A stretch of 64,000 nucleotides of DNA. Origin: an uncultured delta proteobacterium (GTDB lineage: Bacteria > Myxococcota > Kuafuiibacteriia > Kuafuiibacteriales > Kuafuiibacteriaceae). Below are positions 17,824 to 27,606 of the stretch, in pieces. The notes below the pieces were generated by a model. It was not told where the DNA came from and did not search any database. It saw only the letters and a list, made by a program, of their open reading frames with translations. Made by a program: the position numbers and the translations under genes. Location of the stretch: positions 576,001 through 640,000 of the forward strand of contig CAWDML010000008.1 in assembly GCA_963803435.1 (NCBI GenBank), given 5' to 3'. Positions within the stretch are counted from its first letter, which is position 1, and every line of letters starts with the position of its first letter.

Positions 17824-18493
17824 TCAGGTACAGCGTGAACCGGTTCAGCTGCGCCAGGACCCATGGGAGCGGGCGCACGAAGTCGACGAACAGCACGACG
17901 CGGATCTCGTCCGAGTCGTTCCAGGCCTCATGGAGGTGGGTGTCGTCGAAGATGAGGCTCTTGCCCTCTTCCCAGCGCGCCACGTCGGTCCCGACCTTGA
18001 TGCCGCAGGTCTCGGGCGCGGCCGGTACCTTGAGCGCGAGGTGGTAGCGAAGCACGCCCTTGAAGGGACCGCGATGGCGGGGGAGCCGCTTCTTCGGCCG
18101 CAGGATGGAGAAGAACGCCGTGGTTAGACCGGGGATCGCGGTGAGCAGCCGGTTCGTCTCGGGGCAGCGAGCGATGTTCTTGTCGTGCTGCGCCCCGTAG
18201 CCGCGGAAGAAGAACGTCTTCCAGCCGTCGTCCCTCGTGAGCATGCGCTGCTCCGGCTGGATGTCCTGAAAGTTCGGGATCAGATCGATCCGGGTCAGGA
18301 CCGTCTCGAGCTCCGCCTGGATCGGACGCCAGTTGCGCTCGAGCTCGGCGACCCACGGAAACTCGCCGGGATTGAAGAAGGTCCGGCGCCCGTTCCGCGT
18401 CTAGCGGATCATGCGCTCCTCGAACATGACGAACACGATGAAGACGAGTAAGACCGCCCGCTGTCCCCATCCGATCTTGGACTTGCCTGCCAA
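17726..18493 (-). pseudogene. Aspartyl/asparaginyl beta-hydroxylase-domain (LpxO-like) dioxygenase with in-frame TAG at 18401-18403
   Basis: FPWVAELERNW...WKTFFF...HRGPFKGVLRYHLAL...FDDTHLHEAWN. The frame continues through one TAG to a TTG start at 18493. Confidence 0.8.
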
Positions 18494-18790
18494 CTATCCG
18501 ACCTCGGCGGGTTGCTCCGTAATGCGCCGCTTCTTGGCCTCGCGCAGCCGGGTGAGGACCTCGCCCAGGACGCCGCCGGCGATCGCGCCGCACAGGGCGC
18601 CCAGCAGCTGGGCTCGGATGAGCGCGTGCGCGGTCTCTCTGGCGATCTCCGCGCAGTTGCAGAGCGCCGAGCCGACGCTGGGCGTTTGAAACCACTCGAG
18701 GGCTTGGGGCGCGAGCACCATGGTCAGCGCGTCACCCGCGATCGCACCGAGCGCGAGAAACAGGAGAATGCGCTTGAGCACGTGGAGCAT
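18494..18790 (-). CDS. Small two-TM membrane protein
   Basis: 98 aa with two hydrophobic segments and a CNC motif. Abuts the hydroxylase start. Confidence 0.7.
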   Translation of the reverse strand: MLHVLKRILLFLALGAIAGDALTMVLAPQALEWFQTPSVGSALCNCAEIARETAHALIRAQLLGALCGAIAGGVLGEVLTRLREAKKRRITEQPAEVG

Positions 18791-18814
18791 GAGTCGGAGT
18801 CTACCGTTCGCGCG

Positions 18815-20032
18815 ATGAGATCACGAGCGTTGCTGTTGGCCCTGCAGCTGTTCGCCTGCAGGAGCGCCGCGAGGGAGGTCACGGTCCGGGTCACGTCTTC
18901 GGGCGCGCCCGAGCCTGCCATCAACGTGTTCTTCTCGGACGCGAGCGGCGGGGTGATTGCACAACGAAAGACCGATGCCCGCGGCGAGGCGTCTGCGGCC
19001 GCCGCCGGAGGGTCGGTCACGATCGCCACCTACGATCCGGAGCTCGGGACCTACGAGCTCCTCACCATCCTCGAGACGCAAGATTCGGATCGCATTCTCG
19101 TCGAGCTGACGGCCTACCGGATGCCGGAGGTGGCGGCGGCCGTCGAGGTGGAGCTCCCCGGCGCGGTCGACGGGGCCGCCGGATACCGGCTGCTGGCCGC
19201 CTGTTCGGGCGCGCAAGCGAAGAGCGCGGGGACCCAGCGCCTGGACGTGCAGGCGCGCTGCCTCGGTCCCGATCGGAGGTTCACCACGGCTGCTCGCGCC
19301 GACGATGCGCAGGGCCGCCCGCTCGCCTACACGTTCGATCGCGATCGCAGGACGGTCTCCGCGACCATGTCGATCGCGCTTCCTCCGTGGCGCACCAGGT
19401 TCGTCCCGATCGAGGTCGACGTGTTGAACCCGCCGGCGAAGGCGAAGCTTCAGGCCACGGTCGATCCGGTGGTCGACGGCCTGTGCTCGCTGGGGAGCAC
19501 GATCGACGGGCCCTTCCCTCGGACGGTGCTGGTCCCCGCCGGCCTGAGCGATCAGGTCGAGGTGTCCGTCGTCGCCGAGTCGAAGGACCGAGGTCGCCGC
19601 GCGATCGCGACGCTGGTGAAGAGCGCTCCCCGCCTGGTGGTGAATACGTCCGAGCTGCTCCCGGCGATCGTCGGCGTGCGCTGGCGATCGACCGACGAGC
19701 AGCGCCCGACGATCGAGTATCAGCTCGACGGTGATGCGAGCGGCGCGGATGGCGTGTGGATCGGCGCGAGCTTCGGCGAGCCCAAGATCCGCGTCAACTG
19801 GACGACGCTCGCACCCCCGTCGTCCGGACCGATCCGGATCCCCGCGCTGCCGCCGAGCCTGGCCGAGTGGTCCCCCCGCGGACCCCCGCGCAGCGCGATC
19901 GTCACGATATTCGATCGCAGCGGGGTCGACGGTTGGCAGGAAGCGCGACGCTCTCCGACCGCATCCATGCGTCACGCCGTCGTTCGTGCCCCCGGTGACG
20001 ACCGGGTCCGCTTCAGCCAGGGACGACGGTAG
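18815..20032 (+). CDS. Hypothetical lipoprotein
   Basis: MRSRALLLALQLFAC lipobox and beta-rich body. Confidence 0.75.
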   Translation: MRSRALLLALQLFACRSAAREVTVRVTSSGAPEPAINVFFSDASGGVIAQRKTDARGEASAAAAGGSVTIATYDPELGTYELLTILETQDSDRILVELTAYRMPEVAAAVEVELPGAVDGAAGYRLLAACSGAQAKSAGTQRLDVQARCLGPDRRFTTAARADDAQGRPLAYTFDRDRRTVSATMSIALPPWRTRFVPIEVDVLNPPAKAKLQATVDPVVDGLCSLGSTIDGPFPRTVLVPAGLSDQVEVSVVAESKDRGRRAIATLVKSAPRLVVNTSELLPAIVGVRWRSTDEQRPTIEYQLDGDASGADGVWIGASFGEPKIRVNWTTLAPPSSGPIRIPALPPSLAEWSPRGPPRSAIVTIFDRSGVDGWQEARRSPTASMRHAVVRAPGDDRVRFSQGRR

Positions 20033-20039
20033 CGCCGCT

Positions 20040-20957
20040 TCAGCGTCGGTTGCCGGTGAAGAGCAGGAGAGCGCCGGCGAGGGCGGTCAAGAGCGGGATG
20101 AAGAGGAGCGTGTGCCACGGGGGAGCTTCGGTCGGAGTCGAGACCAAGAGCTCCAGCAGCGGGGCGGGCGTGCCGGCCTCCTCCATCGGATCCTTCTTCA
20201 CCACCACCTCCGGGGTGCTCGGCGGCTGAGCGTGGAGGACGCGTCCGATCTCGGCGACGCGAACGGGATCCCGCGTGCTCGAGAGCAACGCCTGATCGCC
20301 CGTGACGATGGCGACCGACACGTGCGTGATCTGCTCGATCAGCTCGAGCCGCTTCTGGGGGATGCGCTGGCCCACGAGCACGTAGGCCAGGATCTCCTGC
20401 TCTCCGAATCGAACCGGGGCGAGCGCCACGTGGAAGGGACGCTCCGCCAGGACCCACAGGCCCGACACCGCGTTCGGCGAGGCGACCGCGCGCCGGAAGA
20501 CGGCCGTCGAGGCCAGGCTCCCGTACTGGACCGGTTCGCTCCCCGCAAACGCCCGCACGGTGCCGTCGGGCCCGAGCAGCGCTACCAGCTTCGACTTGGT
20601 GCCTACTGCGATGTCCTGGAGGAGATCCGACATCGTGGCCTCGTCCATTCCGGGCACCGGTATGGCCGCGCGGAGGCGCGCGTCGTCGGCGATCATCGAC
20701 GCGCGCGACTCGAGGCTCTTCCTCAGATCGGCCATGGAGCGCAGCATCAACTTCTCTGCGTCGCTCATGTCGTGGATGACCGCGTTCGACTTCTCGATCC
20801 CGAGCGTGCGCTCCAGCCAGAGATACCAGCCCACGTTCGCGGACAGGATCAGCGCGGCGCCGACAACCCGCGTTGCGCTGAGACGCGGTCGAGGCGCAGC
20901 GGCTTGACGCGGAGGCTGGGAGAGGGCGATCGGCGAGACGGTGGGCTGCGCTTTCAT
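20040..20957 (-). CDS. Periplasmic Cache-like sensor protein with two TMs and no cytoplasmic output domain
   Basis: TM, then IADDARLRAA...ALAPVRFG...YVLVG (Cache-like), then a C-terminal TM. ATGA overlap with the kinase. Confidence 0.65.
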   Translation of the reverse strand: MKAQPTVSPIALSQPPRQAAAPRPRLSATRVVGAALILSANVGWYLWLERTLGIEKSNAVIHDMSDAEKLMLRSMADLRKSLESRASMIADDARLRAAIPVPGMDEATMSDLLQDIAVGTKSKLVALLGPDGTVRAFAGSEPVQYGSLASTAVFRRAVASPNAVSGLWVLAERPFHVALAPVRFGEQEILAYVLVGQRIPQKRLELIEQITHVSVAIVTGDQALLSSTRDPVRVAEIGRVLHAQPPSTPEVVVKKDPMEEAGTPAPLLELLVSTPTEAPPWHTLLFIPLLTALAGALLLFTGNRR

Positions 20958-22387
20958 GGCTCCGACTCGCCGATGACGGGCGTCAGGGTGGCGGCGATCT
21001 GTCCGCCGGCGCGGACCTCGATCTGACGGACGAAGGGCGCGAAGCCCTTCTTGTCCAGCCGGACCTCGACCGTGGTACCGATCGGGAGCCCTTCGATTTG
21101 CGACGGCGTGAGCTGGCCTGTGGGCTCGCCGTTGATGAACACGTGCGCGCCCGGCGGCGTGCTCTCGAGGCGAATGCTCCCGAAGGTCGCGGGCGGGGCG
21201 GCCGCTGGCTCGGACGCTCGCTGCGGGAGGTCCCGAGCGAAGAGGGTCACGCCGGCGATCAGCGCCACCGCGAGCAGCGCGACGGCGAGCCAGATCCCGC
21301 GGCTGGTGCTCGGCGAGCGTGGCGGCTCCTGCGAGCGGAGCTCGGGAGCGACCCACCCGGAGTTCGTGATCTCGGAGCGAATACCCATGCCCAAGCCGTC
21401 GACCAGGTCGCGGCTGTCGAACATCAACGGTTGGATCGCCTCCGCCGACTCGATCGGAAGCGATGCGTAGGCGATCTTGAGATCCGTGATCAACTCTTCG
21501 GCGGAGGCATAGCGCTCGCTGGGTGTCTTCTCCAGGCAGCGCATGATGACGCTCTCGAGCGCCGGCGGGGTGGTGCGTCGATAGCCGGACTCGCCCGTCG
21601 GAGCCGGCACGCGGGTGAGATGCGCCTGGACGATTCCGAACTTCGTCTCCTCATCGAACGGCGGGACCCCCGACGCCATGAAATAGAGCACGCATCCCAG
21701 CGAGTAGATGTCGGTGCGGGCGTCTGTGACCTCTCCACAGATCTGCTCGGGCGCCATGTATTTGGGCGTGCCCAGCAGGCTCGTCGACTCGGTGAGGTCA
21801 TCGGGTCCGCCGGAGCGCCCGTCCATGAGCTTGACCAGACCAAAGTCGAGCACCTTCGCCTGATCGGCGTCGTTCTCCTCCTGCCCGCCGACGAGCATGA
21901 CGTTGGCCGGCTTGAGGTCGCGGTGGACCACGTTCGAGGCGTGCGCCGCACGGAGCGCACGCGCGATCTGGACGGCGATGCGGACGATCCGCCGGAAAGG
22001 GAGCGGGCCTTCGTGCTGGACGATGTAGTCGAGGTGCTGTCCATCGAGATACTCCATCACGATGAACAGCTCGCCGGCGTCGGTCCGACCGTAGTCGTGG
22101 ATCGTCACCACGTTCGGATGGACGAGCTTGGCGAGGGTGGCGGCCTCCAGCATGAAGCGCTCCTTGGCCGACTCCTCGTCCCGCTCGTCCTCGGGCGTCG
22201 AGATCACCTTCACCGCGACCGGCCGATCGAGGTTGAGCTGCGTCGCGCGATAGACGATCCCGAAGCCGCCCTCCGCGATCCTTCGATCGAGCCGATAACG
22301 ACCGGCGAGGACCGGCCGCTCCGCCGCGCTTCCGCGCGGGTGATCAGTCAGATCGATGATCTCGGCCTCCTTGTTCGACTCGATCAT
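20954..22387 (-). CDS. Membrane Ser/Thr kinase with C-terminal PEGA domain
   Basis: GGFGIVY, VAVK, HRDLKPAN, DFG, APE, a TM, then STPPGAHVFING (PEGA). Confidence 0.93.
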   Translation of the reverse strand: MIESNKEAEIIDLTDHPRGSAAERPVLAGRYRLDRRIAEGGFGIVYRATQLNLDRPVAVKVISTPEDERDEESAKERFMLEAATLAKLVHPNVVTIHDYGRTDAGELFIVMEYLDGQHLDYIVQHEGPLPFRRIVRIAVQIARALRAAHASNVVHRDLKPANVMLVGGQEENDADQAKVLDFGLVKLMDGRSGGPDDLTESTSLLGTPKYMAPEQICGEVTDARTDIYSLGCVLYFMASGVPPFDEETKFGIVQAHLTRVPAPTGESGYRRTTPPALESVIMRCLEKTPSERYASAEELITDLKIAYASLPIESAEAIQPLMFDSRDLVDGLGMGIRSEITNSGWVAPELRSQEPPRSPSTSRGIWLAVALLAVALIAGVTLFARDLPQRASEPAAAPPATFGSIRLESTPPGAHVFINGEPTGQLTPSQIEGLPIGTTVEVRLDKKGFAPFVRQIEVRAGGQIAATLTPVIGESEP

Positions 22388-22397
22388 GGTCCGTCCC

Positions 22398-23399
22398 TCA
22401 CTGGCTCTTGCGCGCAGCATCGATCGTCGGTGCAGCGGACAAGTCCTTTCCCACGATGCCGACGCCGAGGAGCAAGAGCGCGAGCGCGAGCGCGATGAGG
22501 ATCCCCGCGCCCAGCGTGATCTCCTTCAGATCGAAGCGGCTGATCTGCTCCAGCTGCTCGTCGTTGAACGCGCTCTCCACCCCGGCGTGCGTGTCCTGAG
22601 TACGGTCGTGCGCCTCGTGCGGAGGCGGCGGCAGCGGCACGTGGATCGGAAGCGGCGGCGCTCGAGGGACGCGCTCGATCCGGGCGGCGACCAGGCTGGG
22701 GAACGGAGCGGGCGCCTCGTTGCGGCGTGCCTCGTCGATCTCCCGCATGAGATCCATCAGGAGCATCTGGAAGGGCGTGCCGATCGTCTCGGCGACCTCG
22801 ATCGCGGGGCCCGTCTCGATCGAGCCCGGCTCGACCGAGAGCATCAGGCGAAGCGCGTCGGCTCCGGTCAGCGCACCGTACTCCGCGTGCACGACCTCTC
22901 CACGCACCATGTGAATCGATCCGTTGCCGGGTGAAATCTTGACCCGCACCGAGCGGGCCCCGAGATGCATGATCTGCAGCAGATCGACCAGATTGAGTCG
23001 ATGAATGATGCTCTTGGAGCCGCTGGCCCCCTCGAAGGCTTTCCGTAAGGTGTCTTTCAGTTCCTCGCGGCTGAACGGCTTTACCAAGATGTCGAGCGCG
23101 CCTTCCTGAATCGCGCGCTTGTATTCGCTCGCCGTTGCGTCGGCGCTCATCAAGACCGTTGAGGTCGACAGCGAGTGGAGCTTCATCATCCGCATCAGAT
23201 CGAGCCCGCTGTAGTCGACCAGGCGGAGCTCGGAGAACACGATGACGAAGCGCGTCTTCGCCAGAAGATCGAACGCCTCTCGAGCCGAGCGTGCGATGAC
23301 TGCGCTCAACCCCAGCTTCGACATTTCCTCGACGAGAGGGTGAGCCCATCGATCGTCGGCGTCCACGATCAGAACGTTTCTCCCGGTTGTGCCTTGCAC
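22398..23399 (-). CDS. Response regulator receiver plus DUF4388 domain with C-terminal TM
   Basis: VLIVDAD...KPF receiver, LVDLLQ...GEVVHAEYG...G.DAL (DUF4388), and a hydrophobic tail. Confidence 0.85.
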   Translation of the reverse strand: MQGTTGRNVLIVDADDRWAHPLVEEMSKLGLSAVIARSAREAFDLLAKTRFVIVFSELRLVDYSGLDLMRMMKLHSLSTSTVLMSADATASEYKRAIQEGALDILVKPFSREELKDTLRKAFEGASGSKSIIHRLNLVDLLQIMHLGARSVRVKISPGNGSIHMVRGEVVHAEYGALTGADALRLMLSVEPGSIETGPAIEVAETIGTPFQMLLMDLMREIDEARRNEAPAPFPSLVAARIERVPRAPPLPIHVPLPPPPHEAHDRTQDTHAGVESAFNDEQLEQISRFDLKEITLGAGILIALALALLLLGVGIVGKDLSAAPTIDAARKSQ

Positions 23400-23538
23400 G
23401 ACGAACCTTCCTCCGGCCGGTTATTGTTAGCACTAGGACGTGCATCCCGCGATGTCAGGTGGTGGACGCGAAGAGGGCGACGACCTGCGGGCGTGTCGGT
23501 GACGGCCGACCGGGATTTGACTCCCAGCCCTTCCGGAC

Positions 23539-24936
23539 TCAGTAAGACACGACGAACGAGCTGGTGAAGATGTCATTCCTGAACTCCTCAATTCCGCCGT
23601 ACTCACGGTTGTAGAGATACTCGGCTTTGATCGCGAGGTGCGGATTGATCACGCTCCTCAGACCACCGGTGAAGCGCATCTCTTTGGTGAGATACGCCCG
23701 CTCATTGGTCAGCGTCACGAGCGCGTCCCGCAGCTCCGCGCGCAGCATGCCGCCGAGGAACGGGAGGAACATGTAATCGATCTCGACGTAGCCCGAGTTC
23801 TTCAGCTCCAGCCCGAACACCCGGTCCGCCGCGAAGCCGGGTGAACGTCCCTTGATCCATTGGGCTTTCAGCGCAAACTCGGCCGTTCGATAGGTCAAAT
23901 CGGCGCCGACGAACCACATCGCGTCGTCGTTGTTGGTGGCCCGGTCTTGTGGGCCCCAGCTCCCAGAGCCGCCGATCTCGAGCTCGTGTCCGGCCATCGC
24001 GTCGATCATGCGTCCGAACGGGATGTTGATCGCGATGCGCCCGTTCACCGTCTTTCCCGAGTTCGAGTCGACCTCGTTGTAGAAGTGGAACTGCTCGGTC
24101 GTCGCTGAACCGTTGGTCACCGAGGCGGCCAGGATCAACCAATCGTCGAAGAGCTTCGTCCGTGCCTTGAGCCCGAGCTGGCTCCCTGTGGTGTAGCGCG
24201 CGACCAGCGACGGCGTGATCCCGAACCGTTCGTCGGACTTGCGCTCCTTGTACTCGATTCCGAACACTGGAAGCGTTTTACCGACGAAGATCGACGTTCC
24301 GCCGTCGTCGGTCAGCACCCACTCGACCTCCGCCAGATCGAGATCGAGGAAATCGCCCAAGGCGAAGTCGGATCCGGTCCTGGGTACGATGTTGAGGCTC
24401 GTGCGCAGGATCGCACGCTCCGCCACCGCGATCTCCATCCTCATGTTGACCTCGTTGACGATGAAGCCGGGCGCGCCCTTCGAATCGACACTGTCGAACC
24501 GATCGACCCCGGGAGCATCTCCCAGATCGGCGGCTTCACCGCGCGTGTTGATGGCCGTCGCCAGGATGTCGCCGAGAAAGACCCAGCCGTACCGCCCCGC
24601 GTACTCCGGGAACTGCTCGTTGCCCACGTCCCGGATCCAACCGACACCGCCGTTGCCGATCGGCACGAAGAAGCCGATGTCGCCATAGCCGCGGAAGCGA
24701 ATTTGGAACAGCTCGGGCGCTTTCTCCTCGTTCTGCGCCGCTTTCGCTTCCAGCTCCTCGAGCCGCGCTTGCTGCTCCTGGAGCATCTCCTTCATCTCGG
24801 CGATGTCGCCCTCCTGGTCGTTGGAGGGGAGGCTGGGCGCGACGGCGTCCTCCTCCTCACCCGCTGCGGTTGCAACCGAAGTTGACGACGTGATCCAGAT
24901 GAACAGCAGTGAGCCGGCGCCGCATCGTTGAACCAT
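23539..24936 (-). CDS. Outer-membrane beta-barrel (porin-like) protein
   Basis: Signal-like N-terminus, coiled coil (QQARLEELE), amphipathic beta strands, and a C-terminal aromatic residue (FVVSY). Confidence 0.7.
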   Translation of the reverse strand: MVQRCGAGSLLFIWITSSTSVATAAGEEEDAVAPSLPSNDQEGDIAEMKEMLQEQQARLEELEAKAAQNEEKAPELFQIRFRGYGDIGFFVPIGNGGVGWIRDVGNEQFPEYAGRYGWVFLGDILATAINTRGEAADLGDAPGVDRFDSVDSKGAPGFIVNEVNMRMEIAVAERAILRTSLNIVPRTGSDFALGDFLDLDLAEVEWVLTDDGGTSIFVGKTLPVFGIEYKERKSDERFGITPSLVARYTTGSQLGLKARTKLFDDWLILAASVTNGSATTEQFHFYNEVDSNSGKTVNGRIAINIPFGRMIDAMAGHELEIGGSGSWGPQDRATNNDDAMWFVGADLTYRTAEFALKAQWIKGRSPGFAADRVFGLELKNSGYVEIDYMFLPFLGGMLRAELRDALVTLTNERAYLTKEMRFTGGLRSVINPHLAIKAEYLYNREYGGIEEFRNDIFTSSFVVSY

Positions 24937-25159
24937 CTGATGCCGAGAGATAGGCGAATAAAGACTCAGCCGCAACGAAGCCGGACTCGCCGAATTGGTG
25001 ACATCGCCGCCTGTCCAATTGGCCAGGCAGGCGCCATCACACCGCCGCGGCGCGCAGGTTCGGCGAGCGGCGCGCATTCACAAGTCGATCTTCGCTCCTC
25101 CATGATTTGAACAGATCGGTTCCCACGCCGTTTCTGATTCACATGGAGGCCTAACAAGA

Positions 25160-27592
25160 ATGCGAAAGAGTCGAAGAAGTTTACGCGGAGTGCTCGCTGT
25201 TGCGAGCTTCGCGATCGGAGCCGCTGGCTCCGCGTGTGGTGACGACCGTCCGCTCGAAGGGGGAACAGAGCAGACGACGTCCGAAGAATCTCTCTTGGTC
25301 CTGCCATCGGTCGCGCATGTCGTCGCGAGCGGAATCCCAGGCGCCGGCGCGATCGCGCAGATCGGTCCGTTTCATCGGGGGGGCCCGGTGCACGATCGCG
25401 CGGACTTCTCCGCCTTCGCCGAGCCTGGCCACGTGCTCAACGGCGAGCGCCTGCTGGTCGCGAGCACCTCGAACTTCGGTGCGCCGCTGGCGAGGCCCTC
25501 CGAGGCGCCAGGCTCGATCCTGTCGATCGATCCGAACCACGGGAGCCTCGCCGTGCCGGCCTCGTTCGCGAGCGGTGGGGGGCAAGCGGCCGCGCTCGGC
25601 GGTGCCGTACAGATCTATACTTCGCAGAGCCCGGCGTTCCTGAACAGCGTCAACAACCCCGGCGCAGTCACCGCGGATCTTCCCGCCGTCAGTCTCCCGC
25701 TCGGCATCTCGGTCAACAACGGCTTCGGTCGTCCCTGGTTCGCGAACGGTCCGGCGGGCGCCGGAGGTTACGGTACCATCACCGTGATCGATCCCAACGG
25801 GACGCCCCTCGTCGGTCCGCCGTCACCAGTGGCCGGCGGCGTCTTCGCGGGAGACCTCACGAACCGCAGCCCAGCGACGACGCACGGGCTGAGCAAGGCG
25901 GCGCTCGCGACCGCGCTGCTCACGAAGTCGCCGGATGGCACCGGGAAGGCGGTGTTCCTGGCCGCCCAGGCCGACGGCAGCGTGGTGCAGGTTCACGTCC
26001 AGCTGGGTCTCGACGGCCTCGCGCCGCCCGGATCGTTCACTCCGCTCACCGACGTCAGCGTCGCCGCCGCGGAGTCCAACAACGCGCACAAGGTCACGCG
26101 CGTGGGTATCGCGTTCAACTGGGTCCCGGCCGGCCAGAAGTTCGGCGTGTTCGTGACCGATCCGCTCGCCGATCGCATCATGGTGCTCGAGCTTCATGAC
26201 GACGGCGTGCTCTTGACCGCGAACCCTCCGCACTACCTCCACTCGTCGGCGTTCGATACGCCGGTCGACATCGCCTCCACCGTGCCCGAGTTCGTCGCCG
26301 GCAACTTCGCCAGCGCCACCACGATGGGCGCCGGGTCGGATCTCTACGTGCTCAACCGCGGCAACAACACCGTGGTCCGCATCCGGCAGAGCGGCCAGTT
26401 GGTGGGAGTCCGAGCGATCATCCCGAACGTTCCGATCCCCGGGATGCGCGTCGCCGGGATCGCCGTCTCTCCGGACGCGCAGACGATCTGGATCACCGCG
26501 ACGGCACCGGGACGAAAGGGCTACGTGCTCTCGATGAGTGCGTTCGGGGAGGGGCTGATCACCGCCAGCATGCTCGCGCACGCGAAGCACGCCGGGGCCG
26601 GCGACATGACCTCCTTCGGGGTCGACATCTTCTCGACCGACCTGCATCCGTTGCAGCTGCTCGGGCCGCTGTTCAACGGTCGCTCGTGCGCGGACTGCCA
26701 CAGCGATCCCTTCGCCGGCGGCATGAGCCCTCTCGCCAGCAGCGAGACCAAGGTGGCGCGGTCGATCAACGGTCACTTCGATCCGCTGCTCGGCCACGGT
26801 GGGCCGGTCGCACGCTCGCAGTCGATCCGTGATCTGGGATTCCCGTGCTCGCTGCCGACCGGAGTCCCCCCGCAGGCGAACGTGGTGTCGCCCCGACTCG
26901 CGATGACGCTCCGGGGAACGGCCCTGATCGACAACATCGACGACGAGGTGATCATCGCTACCCAGGCGGCGGAGCCACCGGCGGTGCGCGGGCGGATCAA
27001 CTTCCAGCCCGACGGCCGCCTGGGTCGCTTCGGCTGGAAGGCGCAGACGCCCACGCTCGTCGAGTTCATGGGCGACGCCTTCCGGACCGAGCTGGGCGTG
27101 ACGAATCCGCTTCAGCCCGAGGACTTCGTCAACGGTTGCGGCGCCGGCTTGCTCGGTCCCGAGATCGACGCCGTTCCGGTGCAAGCGGTGACGGCGTTCA
27201 TGGATACGCTCGATCCACCGGCGCCCAGCGCGGCCTGCCTGAGCTCGGCCGGCGCCGCCACCTTCTCCGCCATCGGGTGCGCCGACTGCCACAAGACGTC
27301 GATGCCCTCCGAGGGCATCCAGGCCTGGCTGTTCTCGGATCTCCTGCTCCACGACATGGGTCCTGGCCTCGCCGACGGCTACCTCGAGGTGCAGGCCGGG
27401 GGCAGCGAGTTCAGAACCATGCCGCTGTGGCGCGCGGCCGATCGCTCGCACTTCCTCCACGACGGGCGGGCGAGCACGATTGAGGCCGCGATCACCGCGC
27501 ACGGCGGTCAGGCGGGCCCGGCGCGCGCGGCGTTCGTGGGCCTGAGCGCGACGGACCGCCAGGCGCTTCTCGATTTCCTCGGCTGTATCTGA
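25160..27592 (+). CDS. Di-heme oxidoreductase (DHOR) family protein with N-terminal beta-propeller-like region
   Basis: GGAGG SD, lipoprotein-like signal, LGPLFNGRSCADCH, GRFGWKA, CADCH, SDLLLHDMG, FRTMPLW and LHDGRA. Confidence 0.9.
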   Translation: MRKSRRSLRGVLAVASFAIGAAGSACGDDRPLEGGTEQTTSEESLLVLPSVAHVVASGIPGAGAIAQIGPFHRGGPVHDRADFSAFAEPGHVLNGERLLVASTSNFGAPLARPSEAPGSILSIDPNHGSLAVPASFASGGGQAAALGGAVQIYTSQSPAFLNSVNNPGAVTADLPAVSLPLGISVNNGFGRPWFANGPAGAGGYGTITVIDPNGTPLVGPPSPVAGGVFAGDLTNRSPATTHGLSKAALATALLTKSPDGTGKAVFLAAQADGSVVQVHVQLGLDGLAPPGSFTPLTDVSVAAAESNNAHKVTRVGIAFNWVPAGQKFGVFVTDPLADRIMVLELHDDGVLLTANPPHYLHSSAFDTPVDIASTVPEFVAGNFASATTMGAGSDLYVLNRGNNTVVRIRQSGQLVGVRAIIPNVPIPGMRVAGIAVSPDAQTIWITATAPGRKGYVLSMSAFGEGLITASMLAHAKHAGAGDMTSFGVDIFSTDLHPLQLLGPLFNGRSCADCHSDPFAGGMSPLASSETKVARSINGHFDPLLGHGGPVARSQSIRDLGFPCSLPTGVPPQANVVSPRLAMTLRGTALIDNIDDEVIIATQAAEPPAVRGRINFQPDGRLGRFGWKAQTPTLVEFMGDAFRTELGVTNPLQPEDFVNGCGAGLLGPEIDAVPVQAVTAFMDTLDPPAPSAACLSSAGAATFSAIGCADCHKTSMPSEGIQAWLFSDLLLHDMGPGLADGYLEVQAGGSEFRTMPLWRAADRSHFLHDGRASTIEAAITAHGGQAGPARAAFVGLSATDRQALLDFLGCI

Positions 27593-27606
27593 TCTCGGCG
27601 CGTCGG

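Noticed and set aside
18401-18403. Pyrrolysine or genome-wide TAG recoding
   Set aside because: TAG serves as a normal stop for other genes here (e.g. 1120, 12443, 35587) and no pyl genes are seen.
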